From contig CAWHOE010000046.1 of assembly GCA_963830915.1 (NCBI GenBank), forward strand, positions 1-64,000: a stretch of DNA of 64,000 nucleotides, read 5' to 3'. The translations under genes were made by a program, and so were the position numbers. This document shows positions 1 through 11,417 of this stretch, piece by piece (positions within the stretch are counted from its first letter, which is position 1; the number at the start of each line of letters is the position of its first letter). The notes under the pieces were generated by a model that was not told where the DNA came from, ran no database searches, and saw only the letters and a list, made by a program, of their open reading frames with translations. The stretch comes from a candidate division FCPU426 bacterium. GTDB taxonomy: Bacteria > Oederibacteriota > Muellerivitia > Muellerivitales > Muellerivitaceae.

Positions 1-558
1 CAGTTCCAGATCCCGGGAACCCGCCAAGAGCCTGGTGAATAGTTCGAGCGATTCCTGGTAAGCCCAAAGGACCGGCCCCTCCAGCACCGGGACCTCCAGG
101 AGGACACGGGTGAATTCCTGGAAGTCGGGCCCGGAGGCCGGCGCTTTTTTCGCCAAATGCCTCCAACACTCCAGGATATCCCCGCGGGTGAGTTCATGGT
201 CCGCGAAGGCCCCCGCGATGAGGAAACCCAGTATCTCCTTCTGGCGAAGGACCGGCACGAAGAGATCGCGAAAACCCAAGTAAGATCCGCAAAAGGTCCT
301 CTTGTCCTTCCGGGCCCGCTGGACGCAAGCGGTCAAGTAGCGGCTCCGGGCGTCGGTCTGGTTGTATTTCTTCTCCATCTCATACAGGGAAACGCCCCGA
401 ATGCGCCGGTTCAGGGTCCACCATTTGCTGGGAAGGGTAGGCCCGACCAGGGCGCAATTCAGGTCCACATAGAAATGGATGATCTCGTGGAACGGGTTGA
501 AGCTCTTGAACGCGTCGAAGAGATTCGGGGGGGCGGACTCCAGGGATGGGGTTTTCAT
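1..558 (-). CDS. PocR-like sensor/AraC-type regulator, N-terminal part (runs off the window; absent from the ORF track)
   Basis: Hand translation from ATG 558: MKTPSLESAPPNLFDAFKSFNPFHEIIHFYVDLN...WWTLNRR...YLGFRDLFVPV...ILGFLIAGAF...FTRVLLEVPVLEGP, open to base 1. Collinear with the N-terminus of the 33493-35344 paralogue (HYYVDLN, WWSLNRR, LGFQDFFIPI, RVLLDVPVLDGP). Confidence 0.8.
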   Translation of the reverse strand, partial: MKTPSLESAPPNLFDAFKSFNPFHEIIHFYVDLNCALVGPTLPSKWWTLNRRIRGVSLYEMEKKYNQTDARSRYLTACVQRARKDKRTFCGSYLGFRDLFVPVLRQKEILGFLIAGAFADHELTRGDILECWRHLAKKAPASGPDFQEFTRVLLEVPVLEGPVLWAYQESLELFTRLLAGSRDLEL

Positions 559-761
559 ACCCCTAAATGTACCACTTTCCTGGAAAGGGTCTAGCCAGGG
601 CCGTCGGGTCGAATTGGATGGATCGTTTAGATATGATCGACATTCTTCCCGGGACCACTCATATTCGCCCACGGGCACACGCCAACCTTCACATAAATAT
701 TACAAGGTGGTCGGTATAGTACTGATTTCAAAATCATTTATTTCATTGTAGGAACAAGGAT

Positions 762-792
762 AAAAAAACCCTGGTCCTTTCGAATCCGGGGT
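762..792 (-). terminator. Possible intrinsic terminator after the mini-LacI gene
   Basis: Imperfect hairpin ACCCTGG...CCGGGGT preceded on + by A7 (U-tract on the - strand). Confidence 0.4.
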
Positions 793-871
793 CAATGACA
801 AACTTTAGTATCTTGGTCGTTCGACCGCGCCGCAAAGGGACTTGGGGGTTGATATTTTCAACGCGTCCCTT

Positions 872-1144
872 CTAAACCTCCTCCAACTCAGGGGTGAACC
901 TCGGGTCTGTTTTTTTCTTCCTGAAACGGGTCAAGGCCCTGGCCCTTTCATCGACCTGGTATTTCAGGCTCTCGACCGCCATGAGGACCTTGGTCCTGGT
1001 ATCGGTCTTGACCCTGAGGTCTTCGTTCATGACCCTGGAAACAGTCGCCGGGCTGACCTGCGCCAGTTCGGCCACATCCGCCATGGTCGCCTTGACCCTT
1101 CTACGGATGACCGGCTCTTCCAGTTTCATCTCCTGATCTTCCAT
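872..1144 (-). CDS. Stand-alone LacI-type HTH protein (no ligand-binding domain)
   Basis: ATMADVAELAQVSPATVSRVMN...TRTKVLMAVESLKYQVDERARAL is the LacI HTH plus hinge helix; the ORF ends about 20 aa later (90 aa). Confidence 0.85.
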   Translation of the reverse strand: MEDQEMKLEEPVIRRRVKATMADVAELAQVSPATVSRVMNEDLRVKTDTRTKVLMAVESLKYQVDERARALTRFRKKKTDPRFTPELEEV

Positions 1145-1334
1145 GGTTTGGACCTAGTTGGGCTGGGATAGGACCGCTGGGTCCTTATGACGAAAGCTGA
1201 AAAGATCGACCCACCAAAACCCGAATCTCCTCCGAGGGAACGCTTTTGCCGCGCCGGGACGCCCATGTCTAACGGCGGGGCTTACGCGCCCCCCAGAGGT
1301 CCAATTCAGGATCAACGCACTCGTTAACAGTCCC

Positions 1335-4266
1335 TTACTTCAGGATCAACAGTTTGGAGAGGACCGTGTTGGTCTGACCCAGCGACTTCACCGTACAGGA
1401 CACGATGTACAGGCCGCTCGCCAGGTTCCCTCCCGCGAAGTCCTTCTCGTTCCAATAGACGTCATGGTTCCCCGAGGAGCCGATGGTCGCCCCCGTCAGG
1501 GTCGTGGACCAGATCAACCGGCCCGCGATGGTGTAGACCTTCAGGGTGATCAAGGCCGAGGGGTCCACGAAAGTACTGGACCCGTTGTAAGCCTTGGCCG
1601 ACACCCCCACTCCTGTGGAACCGTTCGCATTGCCCGACAAGTTGACCGCCAGGTTGACTCCCGTCCCCGTGGAGGGGTTCGGGTAAGCGGTCACGTTGGC
1701 CGCTTTCAAGGCCGAGCCCGTCGCCGACGGCTCCTGGCCCCAGACCAGCGAGCCGTTCATATAGCCCGTGATCTTCGTCCACTCGGTGAAGCTGGTGTAA
1801 GGCGCGAAGCTCCAGTCGTTATCCTGCAGCATATTGCTCCAGTCGCTCTTGTTGAACCGGCTCTGGATCTGGATCTTCTGGCCAGGCTGCAGCACCAGAT
1901 TACCCGTGAACTTGTAGCTCACATAATTGGTCTGGCCGCCCAGGGTGGTCGGCAGGACCGTGACCTGCACATCCCCGGTCACCGAGGTGCCGGCCGGCAT
2001 CAAGCCCCGCCCAATCCACCCAGGCCTGCTCGGTCTGGTTGGTGCAATCGCAGTTGTACCAGTAGCGTACTTCCACGTTGTTCAGGTTCAAGGGCCCGTT
2101 CCCCGTGTTCACGATCTCGATCTGGGGATGGGGGCTGTTGGTGGAGTCGGTGGTGACACCCGACAACAGTTCCAGTGACAGCGAACCAGTGCCAGAAGGT
2201 GTGGAAGTGAAGACCGCCGTCGGAGACATTGTCCAAGTAAAGGTATTCGTTACTGTAAATGTCGACGTCCCCGTAGGGGAAGGCGGGACCAAGGTGTCCG
2301 TCGCCGTGGGCGGCATAGGCGTGTTGGTCTTGGTCGGCAGAACCGGTGTAAATGTCGCGGTCGGAGGCACCGGCGTCAGGGTCGGTGTATTCGTCGCCGT
2401 GAATGTAAAGGTGGGCGGAACCGGCGTATTCGTAGCCGTCGGAGGCGCCGGAGTGTTCGTAACCGTCGGCGGGGCCGGAGTGTTCGTAACCGTCGGCGGG
2501 GCCGGGGTATTGGTCACGGTCCCAGTCCATGTTGATGTTTGGGTATTGGTCTGGGAGGCTGTCGCGCTAGGCGGCGCCGAAGTGAACGTTGAGGTCGGCG
2601 GAACCGGTGTATTCGTCTTGGTAGGCGTGAAAGTGAAGGTGGACGTGGGCGGTACCGGTGTATTCGTCTTGCTCGACGTGAAGGTAAAGGTCGCGGTCCC
2701 AGTCGATGTAAATGTTTTGGTTGGGGTCTGGGAGGCCGTTGGACTCGGCGGCACAGCGGTGTTGGTGAAGGTCGGCGTGGCAGGGGCCGAAACCATGATC
2801 GTGAAGGTTTCCGTGGAGTTGAGCCCGCAGCTATTCGTGTAGACGGCCGTGAAGGTGTTAGTGCCCACGCTCAAGGGAATGCCGTCGATCTCGCGCGAGG
2901 TGGAGGTAAAGCCGTTCGGGCCGGTCCAGCTCCAGGACCCGCCGGTCAGGGGTTGCGGCCCCAGGTTCACGGTCGCGGGCAGCGAAGCGACCGTCACGGC
3001 GTTGACCTGTGTCCACGATCCCCCGTTCACCTGGAGGTAAGGGGTGATGGCTGTGGCTGAGCAGGGCGTGGAGGTGGCGGTCCCAGTGAAGGTAGACGTA
3101 GGTGGCACCGGGGTATTCGTTTTGGTGGCGGTGGGCGGTACAGGCGTGTTGGTCTTGGTAGAAGTGGGTGGAACCGGCGTGTTCGTCTTGGTGGCCGTCG
3201 GCGGCAATGGCGTGTTGGTTTTGGTCGGAGTGGCGGTCGGGACGGTGGTATTGGCCTTGGAGGACACCAGGGCAAGCTGCCAGGGGATCAGATTGTAGGA
3301 GTCACTATTGGGAACGTCGCCCTGGTAGAGGAATGTCAGGTTGTTGAGGTTGATGGAATCGGTCGAGTCATAGCCATCGATCACCGCGCCGCCGCTGCTG
3401 AAGTCGCTGGTCCAGTTCGAGACGCCGGATTGAAAGGTGACGTTGTGCGCCCCTAAAAAAGGGGTATTGAGGCTGGCCGTATTGCCCAGGGCCGTCCAGG
3501 TGCCGCCCAGACTGGTAGCGGTCAAGGCGCGGAAGAACCGATGCCCGTCGCTGCCGATGCACTCGATATCGGCCAGGTAGGTGCCCGTTTGCTCGACCGT
3601 ATAGACGTTGTCCGCCTCGAACAGGTTGAACTCCGAATCCGTGTAGACGATGACGGGAGTATTGAACCCATTCGGGAAGTTCGCGAGGGAGGTCGAGCTG
3701 CGATAGAAGTTCCCGTTGTCACCGCAGAAGAAGAGATAAACGTTAGAGGAATCGCTGATGATCCAGAAATCGATCCAATTGCTCACACTCGAAGGCTGGG
3801 ACGCGAAGAAATTCTTCGGAGTGGTCCAATTCTTGGGCTGGGTGGGGTCGCTATTAGTGGAGTACTGGGGTTGGCCGCTCTGGAAGATCAGGTACCACTT
3901 GTTTTGGGGGGCGAAATAGAACACCTGCGGGGCGGTGTGATAACCCGAGAATCCGGGGGTGTTATCCATGAAATAGGGCGTCGCGGCGCCGGCGTTGTTC
4001 CAATTGGTGAAGCTCAGGTATTCCATGCCATAGTTGCCCGCTGAGTTGACCGAAGAGGCGTAAACGATGTATTGGCCGTTGTAGTAGACGGTCGATGGGT
4101 CCTTGACCGCGATCATATTATGGGTGGAGTCGCTTTTGGGGCTGATGAGCGGGCCGGTCGATGACCATGAGAACGAGGTGGGGATGGACTGGGCGTAAAG
4201 CGCGGAAAGGTTCGCCCCCAACAAAAGGATGATGAAGCTTGGCAGTACGGCTTTGAGAAATTTCAT
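1335..4266 (-). CDS. GH62 alpha-L-arabinofuranosidase + Thr/Pro linker + Ig-like domain + CBM3 + CTD (single indel at 2005-2008)
   Basis: AAGGAG RBS; signal peptide MKFLKAVLPS...LYA; GH62 motifs WSSTGPLISPK, VKDPS, APQVFYFAPQNKWYL, IDFW, LFEA, FLYQG; CBM3 (IVNTGNGPLNLNNVEVRYWY...IQSRFNKSDWSNM.QDNDWSF); CTD AYPNP...LASGLY...KLLILK. One extra base (C4 at 2005-2008) relative to the intact copy near 12090. Confidence 0.88.
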
Positions 4267-4462
4267 CCAGGAACTCCTTAAGTTTTCTTCATAACCCGTT
4301 CGGAACGGTTCTTTTTCGTCCTCGCTCCAGTTCGAAGGGATGGCCCGTCCGTCAAGTCCGGGATTTTCACCTTCACGAGTACACCCTCTCGATTTTTCAG
4401 AGGACCTGGATAACCCTCCGATAAGACCGATCACACAGGCAAGTGGACGGTCCCATCTATAG

Positions 4463-4493
4463 ATGTGTGTTTGGAGAGGGGGCGTTTATTCCC
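4463..4493 (-). promoter_or_regulatory. ECF-type promoter GGGAATAAA-N15-CACACAT upstream of GH62
   Basis: One of five intergenic copies with identical -35 and spacing. Confidence 0.75.
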
Positions 4494-4562
4494 GGAGAGA
4501 GGCAAAAAACAGCGGGGGATCTTTTCAGGCTTTAGGAAAGGTCAGGGCGTGGACAACCGGCA

Positions 4563-7505
4563 TTACTGAAGGCGCAGCAACTTCCCAATGGCCTTGCCGC
4601 TATTGGTCCGAACGACCACATAGTAAAGCCCATTAGCCAGGGCTTTTCCCCACCGATCGACCAAAGGAAGGGCGATGGCGGTCCCCGAGGGCACGGAGTT
4701 AACCGTCAGGTCGATGACCTTGCGGAACCCGAGGGTGAAAACCTCGATATGGACGCTGGAGATACCCGGATAGTAGGGCGGGAGGATATTGACCGTTTCG
4801 CCCGGCGCCGGGTTGGGATAGATCCCCACATGGCCCACCAGGGGTGTGGGAGCCTGGGTGGGGGTCAGCGTCGGACTAGCGGTCGGGGTGAGGGTCGGAG
4901 TGAAACTGGGCGTGAATGTCGACGTTGATGTTCCAGTCGCTGTCCAGGTCATGGACGATGTCGGGGTCTTGGTCGAAGTGGCGGTCGAACTGTTGGTGAA
5001 GGTGGGCGTGAAAGTCCAAGTGAGGGTGTTCGTGAAGGTGGATGTTCCTGTCAAGGTCGGGGTAAAGGTAGGGGTCGGGGTCAAAGTGACCGTCGGGCTG
5101 AAAGTCGGGGTGGGCGAGAACTGCGGGGTATTGGTCGAGGTCGGGGTGGCGCTATTGGTGGATGTTTTGGTGGCAGTGGAGGTGCTGGTACTGGTCGAGG
5201 AGTTGGTCGCGGTGGATGTAAAGGTCACCGTGGGGGTTGAACTGGGGCTGGCGGTGGCCGTATTCGTACCCGTGAATGTGAAGGTCGAGGTGATCAGAGG
5301 GCTGTTGGTGGAGGTGTTGGTGGCCGTCGCGGTCAAGGTATGGGTCGCCGTCCCGGTCATGGTGGATGTCGGGGTACTGGTTGGGGAGGCTGTCGGGGTC
5401 GAGGTTCGAGTAGGGCTATTGGTGGCCGAATTGGTGTAGGTGGACGTGATGGCCGGGGTATCGGTGGCCGTGTCCGTATGGGTAGCCGTGGGGGTGGAGG
5501 TTGGAGTGGAAGTGGCCGTGTTGGTAAAAGTGGAGGTGGCGGTCAAGGTATCGGTTTTCGTCGCCGTTGAGGTCGGGGTCAAGGAGTCGGTGTTGGTCGA
5601 GGTCGGGGTGGGTGTCCGGCTGGAAGTGGCCGTGGGGGTCGGGGTCGGCGGCTGGGGAATGACCTGGATGGCTTCCACCATGGCGCTCGTATCCGGGCTG
5701 GATGTTCCCGTGAACGTGATGGTAATGACCCCTCCGGCGGGCGAAACGTTATTGATCACCTGGTCATCTTCCGTGTTGGCCCCCACCTGGGCGTAAACAT
5801 CCAGGTTCGACAGCACGGTCGTGCCGTTGATGGCGACGTTGAATATCCTGTCCCCCGCAGCGAAATCGCCCGAATAGGTCTCGGCGAACTTCAGGGTCAC
5901 CTGGTAAGCCCCGGCCGGGACGTTGAACGAATAGCTGAAACTGGCGCCGTAGCGCTGGGTGTCATAAAGGGTAGAGTCGGAGGTTCCCGTGACCGCTCCC
6001 CCGACGGCGACGGTGGAACCGCCACTGTAGTTCTCATCCGCGGCCCAAAGGTTGCTCCCCGTGTCCGTATAGGTAGGTCCCCCGGCGTTGACCCGCCAGG
6101 TGGAGGCCACGATGGGGGTGGGCGTGACCGTAAAGGTGGGCGTGGGCCCGGCGTTATTGACCCCCACGAAGGAAACGATGCTGGAGACCGGCATCTGGTA
6201 AGTGAAACTGTTCCCCGACACCGGCACGGCGGCCTGCTGGACCAAACCGTTGCCCAGGTCGGTCAACCAGGGCGTGACCGAGGTCACGGTGAGGCCGTTC
6301 AGGGCGAAGGTCTGGTTCACCGCGCTGGCGTTGTAATTGATGGCCACGATGACGATGGTGGTGGGCGAGGAGGTGTTGGTGTTCTTGTAGGCGGAGATCG
6401 TCACGCCGGCCTGGGGCCCTTCAGTGGCTCCCATGCGGTAATAGCCGGGCCGGATGAATTTGGAGAAATTGCCCAGCGCGAAAGCCGCGTCGGTGAGGGA
6501 GGTTCCGCTGATCAGGTCGTCCAGCCACCAGTAATGGAAGGAGTTCATCTGGCCCTCGACCAGGGACTGGTGGGCCCATCCCGCCACGCACATGGCCGCC
6601 GAATCCTGGGCCGTGATGAGCCCGGTGGTACAGCCCGAGATCTCGGTCGCCCACCACTCCTGGTTCGTCAGGTGGGTATAACCGTAATTCGAGGCGATCT
6701 GGGCCAGGGTGTCGTAAAAGGTGCCGTACAAGTGGGTGTTGATGATGCTCACCAGGGGGGCCGCGTTGGGGTCGGACATGGTGGCGGTGCCCAGGTTCAT
6801 GCCCCATTCATTCGGTGGTTCCGGCATCATGATCTTGGTAGACAAACCCGCGCCCGTGATGGAAGCGGCCAGGCAGGGGATGAAAACATCGAATTGGCCC
6901 GTGGTCCAATTGGCGCCTTCATAGGTGACCTCGAAACTGGGTTCGTTCTGGGCCGAGATTGAGTAAAGGCTCACACCCGTGTAGCTTTTGCAGTATTGGA
7001 GATATTGGGTCAGGTATTGGGCGTAGCCCGTGTCGGCGGCGTTGGGGGCGTTGCCCGTGTCGGATCCCGTGAAGGCGCCCACGTTGGTGACCCCCGCGTT
7101 GATCACCTCTCCATCGACGCTGTTGTTGGTCTTGTATTCGGCCGGGGGTGACCACTCGGTGCTCCAGAAAAGGACGGTGGGGTTGACCGCGTTGGCCGCG
7201 GTAATGTTGTTCAACTCGCTGTTCCAGTTACCGGTGTTGCCGCCGACGGCGGTGGGATCGATGCGGGTCCGAAGCGATGTCAGGCCGATGTGGCCATTCA
7301 CCGTATCATCGGCGAATAAAGCCTGGCCCATGCTTCCCACCGCGCTCCAGGCGCTGGACGCGCCGATACAGTGGATATATTGATTGGTCACGGTCGCGTC
7401 CACGGTGCAGGTCCCACCCAAGGAATATCCAAGGTTGAGCGCCCAGAAGAAAACCCCGCTAAAAATCATTAGATAACGTTTCAAGTCGACATGCCCTTCT
7501 TTCAA
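4563..7505 (-). CDS. GH30 (xylanase-like) + malectin domain + Thr-rich linker + CTD; start may be TTG at about 7484
   Basis: IGASSAW, LTSLRTRI, WSPPAEYK, SAQNEP (acid/base), WATEIS (nucleophile), FSKFIRPGYYR; malectin VNAGG...WAAD...LYDTQRYG...VTLKFAE...RIFNVAING; CTD IYPNP...TLGFRKV...LANGLYYVVV. Confidence 0.9.
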   Translation of the reverse strand: MKEGHVDLKRYLMIFSGVFFWALNLGYSLGGTCTVDATVTNQYIHCIGASSAWSAVGSMGQALFADDTVNGHIGLTSLRTRIDPTAVGGNTGNWNSELNNITAANAVNPTVLFWSTEWSPPAEYKTNNSVDGEVINAGVTNVGAFTGSDTGNAPNAADTGYAQYLTQYLQYCKSYTGVSLYSISAQNEPSFEVTYEGANWTTGQFDVFIPCLAASITGAGLSTKIMMPEPPNEWGMNLGTATMSDPNAAPLVSIINTHLYGTFYDTLAQIASNYGYTHLTNQEWWATEISGCTTGLITAQDSAAMCVAGWAHQSLVEGQMNSFHYWWLDDLISGTSLTDAAFALGNFSKFIRPGYYRMGATEGPQAGVTISAYKNTNTSSPTTIVIVAINYNASAVNQTFALNGLTVTSVTPWLTDLGNGLVQQAAVPVSGNSFTYQMPVSSIVSFVGVNNAGPTPTFTVTPTPIVASTWRVNAGGPTYTDTGSNLWAADENYSGGSTVAVGGAVTGTSDSTLYDTQRYGASFSYSFNVPAGAYQVTLKFAETYSGDFAAGDRIFNVAINGTTVLSNLDVYAQVGANTEDDQVINNVSPAGGVITITFTGTSSPDTSAMVEAIQVIPQPPTPTPTATSSRTPTPTSTNTDSLTPTSTATKTDTLTATSTFTNTATSTPTSTPTATHTDTATDTPAITSTYTNSATNSPTRTSTPTASPTSTPTSTMTGTATHTLTATATNTSTNSPLITSTFTFTGTNTATASPSSTPTVTFTSTATNSSTSTSTSTATKTSTNSATPTSTNTPQFSPTPTFSPTVTLTPTPTFTPTLTGTSTFTNTLTWTFTPTFTNSSTATSTKTPTSSMTWTATGTSTSTFTPSFTPTLTPTASPTLTPTQAPTPLVGHVGIYPNPAPGETVNILPPYYPGISSVHIEVFTLGFRKVIDLTVNSVPSGTAIALPLVDRWGKALANGLYYVVVRTNSGKAIGKLLRLQ

Positions 7506-7583
7506 AATTGACCCTTCCTAAAAGTCTATCGCGGCGAGCTGATAAAGCCTCGATGGGCGGATCGAGGATCCCATCTGTTATTG

Positions 7584-7614
7584 ATTAGTGTTCTTGCGAA
7601 AGCGATTTATTCCC
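7584..7614 (-). promoter_or_regulatory. ECF-type promoter GGGAATAAA-N15-CACTAAT upstream of GH30-malectin
   Basis: Matches the five-copy motif with exact spacing; intergenic. Confidence 0.8.
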
Positions 7615-7682
7615 TTTATTTACCGTAAAAACACAAGGTTTTTACACCATTTAGCCCAAAGTCTGGCATTGGTCGGCTTTTA

Positions 7683-10600
7683 CTATTTCACTACCAACAT
7701 CTTCCCTATCGAACGGCCGCTGTCAGTCCTCACGACCACGTAGTAAAGCCCGTTGGCCAGGGATTTTCCCCAGCGGTCGACCAAAGGAAGGGCGATGGCG
7801 GTCCCCGAGGGCACCGAGTTCTCCGTCAGGTCGATGACCTTGCGGAACCCGAGGGTGAATACCTCGATATGGACGCTGGAGATACCCGGATAGTAGGGCG
7901 GGAGGATATTGACCGTTTCGCCCGGCGCCGGGTTGGGATAGATCCCCACATGGCCCATCAGGGGCGTGGGAGCCTGGGTAGGGGTGGCCGTCGGACTGGT
8001 GGTCGGGGTGAAGGTAAGTGTGAAGGTAAAGGTCGAAGTTGACGTTGGCGAAGCCGAAGGCGTAGCGGTGAGCGAAGGCGACGGCGTAAACGTCGCCGTA
8101 GTCGAATCCGTCCAAGTGGCGGTCGAGGTCAAAGTACCGGTCCCGGTGTTCGTGGAAGTCGCGGTTGGGGTTCGGGACTGGGTCGCGGTATTCACGGGAC
8201 TGAAGGTCAGGGTCGGGGAAAGGGTGGAGGTCGACGTGTCAGTCGTCGTTGGCGTGGAAGTCGCCGTCCTGGTGAAAATCCCCGTCGCCGAATTTGTCTG
8301 AGTGGCTGTAGAGGTCGGGGATAGGGTCGGGAGCGGTGTATCGGTAATGGTGGGGCTGAAAGTATCCGTGGGCGAGAACTGCGGGGTATTGGTCGAGGTG
8401 GCGCTATTCGTGGCGGTTTTGGTGGCGGTGGAGGTGTCCGTACTGGTCACGGAGTTCGTCGCGGAAAACGTGAAAGTCAACGCGGGTGTCAATGTCAGGG
8501 TCGGCGTATCGGTTTGCGAAGGCGTAGCCTGAGTGGTGAGGGACGCCGTCCCAGTCATTGTCAATGTGGCCGTCGGAGTCCGGGAGGCTGTCGAACTAGC
8601 CGTCATCGAAGCCGTCGGGGACAGGCTCGCCGTCGCGCTTGGCGTACCGGTGTTTGTAGGAGTATTCGAGGCGGTTGGCGTCGATGTGCGGGTGGCGGTA
8701 TTCGTGTAGGTGGACGTGATGGCCGCGGTCAGGGTGAAGGTATTCGTCGAGGTTGAAGTGGCCGTGGCTGTCGCGCTAGGCGAAGGGGTGAGGGACGGCG
8801 TCCCAGTCATTGTTAATGTGGCCGTCGGAGTCCGGGAGGCTGTCGAACTAGCCGTCATCGAATCCGTCGGCGTTTTGGTCAAGGTAGACGTGGGGGTTGG
8901 CGAGGGCGAAGCCGTAGCGGTGAGGGACGCCGTCCAGGTCATTGTTGATGTGGCTGTCGGAGTCCTGGAGGCTGTTGAGCTAGGCGTCATCGAAGCCGTC
9001 GGGGTCACCGCGGGGATATCCCCGTAAAGGATGCCCCGGCCCCCGGCGCCCAGGTAACAGCGGCCGTAGACGCTCTCATCCCCTTCGATCCAATTCGGGC
9101 TGTTGAACTGATGGTTGGCGTCGTTGATCTGGGTCCAGGTCACGCCCGCCCCGTCGTCGTTGCGGAAGAACCCGTAGGTCCCGTTGACGGTCCCGACCAG
9201 GAAGACCGCGGGGTGGGTCTGGCCGGAGGCGGCCTTGCCGAACCCCACCGGCCCCATGGGCTCGTACACGTTGGCGATGGCAGTTACGCTGGAACCAGCG
9301 TTGGTGAACCGGTAGAGGGCGTTGTAGGTGGAGACCCAGAATTCCCCCGGTTCCCCGAAGACGCTCCGGGGCATGACCCACTGGCCGTTGCCGTTGGCGT
9401 CGCCCCAATTGACCGCGATGGTATTCACCTGGGAGAAGCTGGCCCCGTAGTTGGTGCTCTCGTAGACCGTCACCGAACCGCCGTAGACCCACTGGGCGGG
9501 ATAGGTGGCGTAGAAGGTGGAGGCGTTGGAACGGTCCGAGGCCACCATGGCGCCGCTGGGAAGGCCGGCGCAGGTCGTCCAACTCCCGCCGAGGGAAGAA
9601 GCGTAAGCCGGGGAGCCGTAAGTACCATAAGGGGCCACCACCACATGGGACCCGTCGGCCGCGACCGCGACCGCTCCCATCTGACCCGTCGTGGTGTAAC
9701 CCGGGGGCGCGCTTCCCCAGGGCGTCCAGGTTTGCCCGTTATTGGTGGAATAGGCCACGTCGCTATTCACCGCCGAGGGGTTGGTGCTGTTCCCCACCCG
9801 AACGACCGTATTGGGCCTCGATTCGGCGTAGTCCAGCATGTTCGTATTCGTATATTGGGGGTTACAGTACATACCCGAGGCGGGAGATTGGGCCAGGTTC
9901 GTATGGCGCATACCGCCCACGTCCCCCATGCAGGAAAATAGGATGCCCCCCAACACGGCGGGAGGCATGTAAATAGGAACCGTCTCCTCCAGGTTGCTGT
10001 CGGTGTAGGTCCAGGAAACGGGGTTGGCCTGGATATTGGTACTGCTCCAAACCCCGCCCCCTTCCCCGGAGGGATAAAAGCCGTTGTTGGAATTGAACGG
10101 ATCGATGGCCACGAACCCCGCCCAACCCGCGCCGCCCGGGGAGCCGCCGCATCCATCCTGGTAGATGGCACCGTTGTTGTTGAAGACAGAGGAGCCGGAG
10201 CCGGCCTCGGCGATGACCGACCAGGAACCGCCGCCGTTGGTTGTCGATAAAAGCCGGTCAGGCCCGCTCCACCAATCGATGGTCGAGACCACGATGTGGC
10301 TGGCGTTCTCATGGTCCACGCAGATGCCGCCGTATCCGCCGGCGCCGCTCCCTGGCCCATTGGAAGGGGTTTCGTTGCTCCAACCCAATGTGGATGTGTT
10401 GAGTTTCCAGATCTGGCCCGTTGAGACGCTGTTGGGACCGTAACCGCCGCTGTCGTAGGCGATCCAAAGGTTGCCGTCCGTGCCCAGGCTGGCGTGGGGG
10501 GTGACCATATTCGATGGACCGCCGGGAACCAGGGTCCAAGTCCCTCCCGAATTGGTGGAGCGGTAGATATTGCTGTTGCCCGAACTCATGGCCAGGACGC

Positions 10601-11230
10601 CCACGTAGATGGTGGCCGAGGCCGAGCCCGAGGTCCCGTGGGGGTCGAAGATCACCCAGCCAAGCCCGTAGCCCGCGTCCCCGCTCACGGGAAAGGAGGT
10701 CACCTGCGACCAACTGGCCGCCGAATCGGCGCTCGTCCAAAGCCCCTGCCAGCGGGAGCCGAAATAAAGCTTGGAGGTCAGGTTGGGGTCCACCGCCAGG
10801 CGTTCTCCCGCTTCCCTTCCGTCATTGTTGCCGGCGATGGAAACAGGGATGGGGTTGGCGGTCCAACTATTGCCCTGGTTGGTGGAGCTGAGGATCGTGC
10901 CGGGACCAGAGAAGCCGGCCGCCGCGTAGACCACATTGGCGTTCACCGGGTCGGGCGCGATGCTCTCCCCCCCGAAGTTATTGCCCCGGTACATATCGGT
11001 CAGGGGATCCATTGGTTGTTGGTGTTATCCCATCGATAGAACCCGCCGACGTCGGTGCGGCAGTAGAGGAGGCCCGAGACGGCGCCGCTGTAGACCAGTC
11101 CTGGGACAAAACCGCCGCCCATGATGACCACGCTCTGGAAGTTGTATTGGGCAAGGGCAGGCCGGTAGAGGCCCAAAAGTAAAAACAGGACGGCCGACAA
11201 AACCAAAGATACGCGGACTGGATGGTTCAT
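7683..11230 (-). CDS. GH74 xyloglucanase + Thr-rich linker + CTD (single indel at 11003-11006)
   Basis: Signal peptide MNHPVRVSLV...PALA; GGGFVPG, YCRTDVGG (catalytic Asp), GERLAVDPN, NLEET, MGDVGG (second Asp), GRGILYGD. Adding one C to the C4 run joins QWIP to LTDMY. Confidence 0.88.
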
Positions 11231-11354
11231 CGGATTAGAGTACAGGGATTTGGTTTCGAATTCTCTAGGACAAGTAATACCCATGCTCCTAATTGTACAC
11301 TGATTTTTCTTTCGGCCCGTTTGACCGGTTTTACCGTTTAAACGGAAAGAGCCG

Positions 11355-11383
11355 AAAAAGGCAAGGGACCAAAGTCCCTTGCC
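11355..11383 (-). terminator. Intrinsic terminator between GH30-CBM3 and GH74
   Basis: Perfect 10-bp stem GGCAAGGGAC/GTCCCTTGCC, 4-nt loop, followed by U5 on the - strand. Confidence 0.75.
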
Positions 11384-11417
11384 CTTCCCGGCCTTCTTTT
11401 CCTGGATACTTCTTTTC

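Noticed and set aside
4267..4434. N-terminal extension of GH62 in the ORF track (similar over-long starts at 11284, 30303, 35377, 54330, 54538)
   Set aside because: Downstream starts have a better RBS and/or begin at the signal peptide or conserved N-terminal motif.
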